From positions 152,026,001 through 152,090,000 of the forward strand of contig CM059431.1 in NCBI GenBank assembly GCA_030390025.1: DNA of 64,000 nt, given 5' to 3'. Both the position numbers and the translations under genes were made by a program. The stretch comes from Squalus acanthias. Its lineage: Eukaryota. Below, piece by piece: positions 61,609 through 64,000 of the stretch; positions within the stretch are counted from its first letter, which is position 1, and each line of letters begins with the position of its first letter. The notes under the pieces are model-generated. The model was not told where the DNA came from. It did no database searches and saw nothing but the letters and a program-made list of their open reading frames with translations.

Positions 61609-64000
61609 TTTCAAATAAAGCTGTTTGACTATAACCTGGTATTGTGCGACTTCTCACATTTGTCCACCTCAGTCCAACACCGGCATCTCCACATCATGGC
61701 AACTATCGGCACCACAAACTGCCGGGTCAAAGTGTAGAGGATCTCCAAGAAGATCGCACATACCGACACAGACCTCAAGTTTCTACAGAGATGCAAGAAA
61801 GCAGACAAGATCCTGAAAGGACTACAGATCACGAACCCACTCAAGACGGCATACAACACAGACTGCGCTGAGAGATTCTGCCGTCGCACCTCTCGCACAC
61901 TCCTCAACCATCTCGTACACCAGCTCTACAGCAGACGCCACAACCTCGAAACCAAGATGGAAGCCATGTTCTCAGCCTGTGCTCAGGACACAGCAGACCA
62001 GCTACGAGACACCGCCCAACAGACGACGCAACAGAACAACGCTGCCTGCATGCAGACCAAGAAAAGGAAGCTTGAGAAACTCGGCATCACCACCAGCAGC
62101 AACCAAGCCTCCCCCGGTACCACGGTTGCAATCAAAGGGAAGTCCATCGTCAACTTGTCTGACCACACCCTTCAACCATTCGAAATCGAAGTTCTCAGCC
62201 GAGGGCTTATTTTCTGCCCCACCACCAAAATGGACCCCATCGGTCTCGCGGCAGCCACAGAGGAATTCATCAGGAGAATGAGGCTCGGGAATTCTTCCAC
62301 TAATCCCAAGATGTCAGCAGCGAACCCAAACAGACAATCAATGATCCGGAACAGCAGACAGAGCGACCCGCAATGCAGCAACCGAAGAATAAAGAGTCAA
62401 ATTGTTCCCCTCCGGAGGGTCGCTGCCCCAATCTTGACATGTAAGCTCAAGCTGTCAGGAGATGCATCAACGGCAGATTCATCAGCCGCACTCACAAGAC
62501 AATCCAGAATGTCACCCGAGCACAACTCAACGCCATCTATGCTCTCAAGACCAACTGCAACATCGTCATCAAACCAGCGGACAAAGGAGGAGCCATCGTC
62601 ATACAGAACAGAATGGCCTATTGCAAAGAAGCAGACAGACAACTGGACAACCAGGAATACTACAGACAGTTACCCGCAGATCCGACCAAAGTACACACCC
62701 GCCAGCTCAATAGACTGATCAAGACCTTCGATCCAGACCTACAAAGCATCCTACGCGCTCTCATCCCACGTACTCCCCGCGTGGGAGACTTCTACTGCCT
62801 CCCAAAGATGCACAAAGCCAACACACCCGGACGTCCCATCGTATCAGGCAACGGAACCCTGTGTGAGAACCTCTCTGGATACGTCGAGGGCATCCTGAAA
62901 CCCATCGTACAGGGAAACCTCAGCTTCTGTCGCGACACTACAGACTTCTTACAGAAACTCAGCACCCACGGACCAGTTGAAGCAAGAACACTCATCGCCA
63001 CGATGGACGTCTCAGCACTCCACACCAGTATCCCCCCACGATGACGGCATCGCTGCGACAGCCTCAGTACTTAACACCAACAACAGCCAATCTCCAGACG
63101 CCATCCTACAACTCATCCGCTTCATCCTTGACCACAATGCCTTCACCTTCGATAACCAGTTTTTTACCCAAACACATGGAACAGCCATGGGACCAAATTC
63201 GCACACCAATATGCCAACATCTTCATGCACAAGTTCGAGCAAGAATTCTTCGCTACAGAGGACCGCCAACCAACGCTATACATCAGATTCATCGACGACA
63301 TTTTCTTCCTATAGACCCACGGCGAAGAATCACTGAAAAGACAACACGATAACATCAACAAGTTCCATCCCACCATCAAACTCACTATGGACTACTCCTC
63401 AGAATCGGTTTCATTCTTGGACACACGAATCTCCATCAAAGACGGACACCTCAGCACTTCACACTACTGCAACCCCACGGACAACCTCACGATGCTCCAC
63501 TTCTCCAGCTTCCACCCTACCCACGTTAAAGAAGCCATCCACTATGGACAAGCCTGCGAATACACAGGATCTGCTCAGACGAGGAGGAACACGATGGACA
63601 ACCTACAGACGCTGAAAGACGCCCTCGTAAGAACGGGATATGACGCTCGACTCGTCGATCGACAGTTCCGACGGGCCACAGCGAAAAATCACGTAGACCT
63701 CCTCAGAAGACAAACACTGGACATAACCAACAGAGTACCCTACGTCGTCAAGTACTTCCCCGGAGCGGAGAAACTACGCCATGTTCTTCGCAGCCTTCAG
63801 CATGTCATCGATGACGATGAACACCTCGCTAAGGCCTTCCCCACGCCTCCACTACTCACCTTCAAACAGCCGCCTTACCTCAAACAGACCATCGTTCGCA
63901 GCAAATTACCCAGCTTTCAGGAGAACAGCGACCACGACACCACACAGCCCTGCCACGGCAACCTCTGCAAGACATGCCAGATCATCAACACAGATACCAT

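Larger units (their letters stand above)
61275..64000 (+). mobile_element. Penelope-like retroelement with an inverted 5' pLTR; degraded RT ORF from ATG 61696, running off the window end
   Basis: Inverted arms 61275-61442 and 61481-61661. Peptides IVNLSD, LSRGLIFCP, PGRPIVSG, TMDVSALHTSIP, HGTAMG, RFIDDIF, and a Cys motif PCHGNLCKTC expected ahead of GIY-YIG. Contains stops and frameshifts. Confidence 0.92.

Overview
Eukaryotic, repeat-dense DNA, most likely from a cartilaginous fish (shark). This is inferred from HE1/V-SINE-type and CR1 repeats and a GPR139-like receptor type. The window holds an old tandem segmental duplication: about 1-25550 matches about 36355-57075, with an offset of ~35.9 kb at the GPCR. 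Each unit carries a two-exon, minus-strand GPR139-like class A GPCR gene, a convergent pair of tRNA-Lys(UUU) relics, a 26-bp minisatellite upstream of the GPCR promoter, and shared LINE fragments. GPCR copy 1 has a premature TAG that removes 18 C-terminal residues; copy 2 is intact (323 aa). Other insertions: two full-length PIF/Harbinger transposons (DDE transposase plus three-exon Myb/SANT gene) with reciprocal lesions, two non-autonomous Harbinger derivatives, a V-SINE in one GPCR intron, many CR1 LINEs, and Penelope-like elements. The Penelope-like elements include short hairpin inserts and carry minimal hammerhead ribozyme motifs. I found no CRISPR array or prokaryotic system. All alignments and counts were done by eye.
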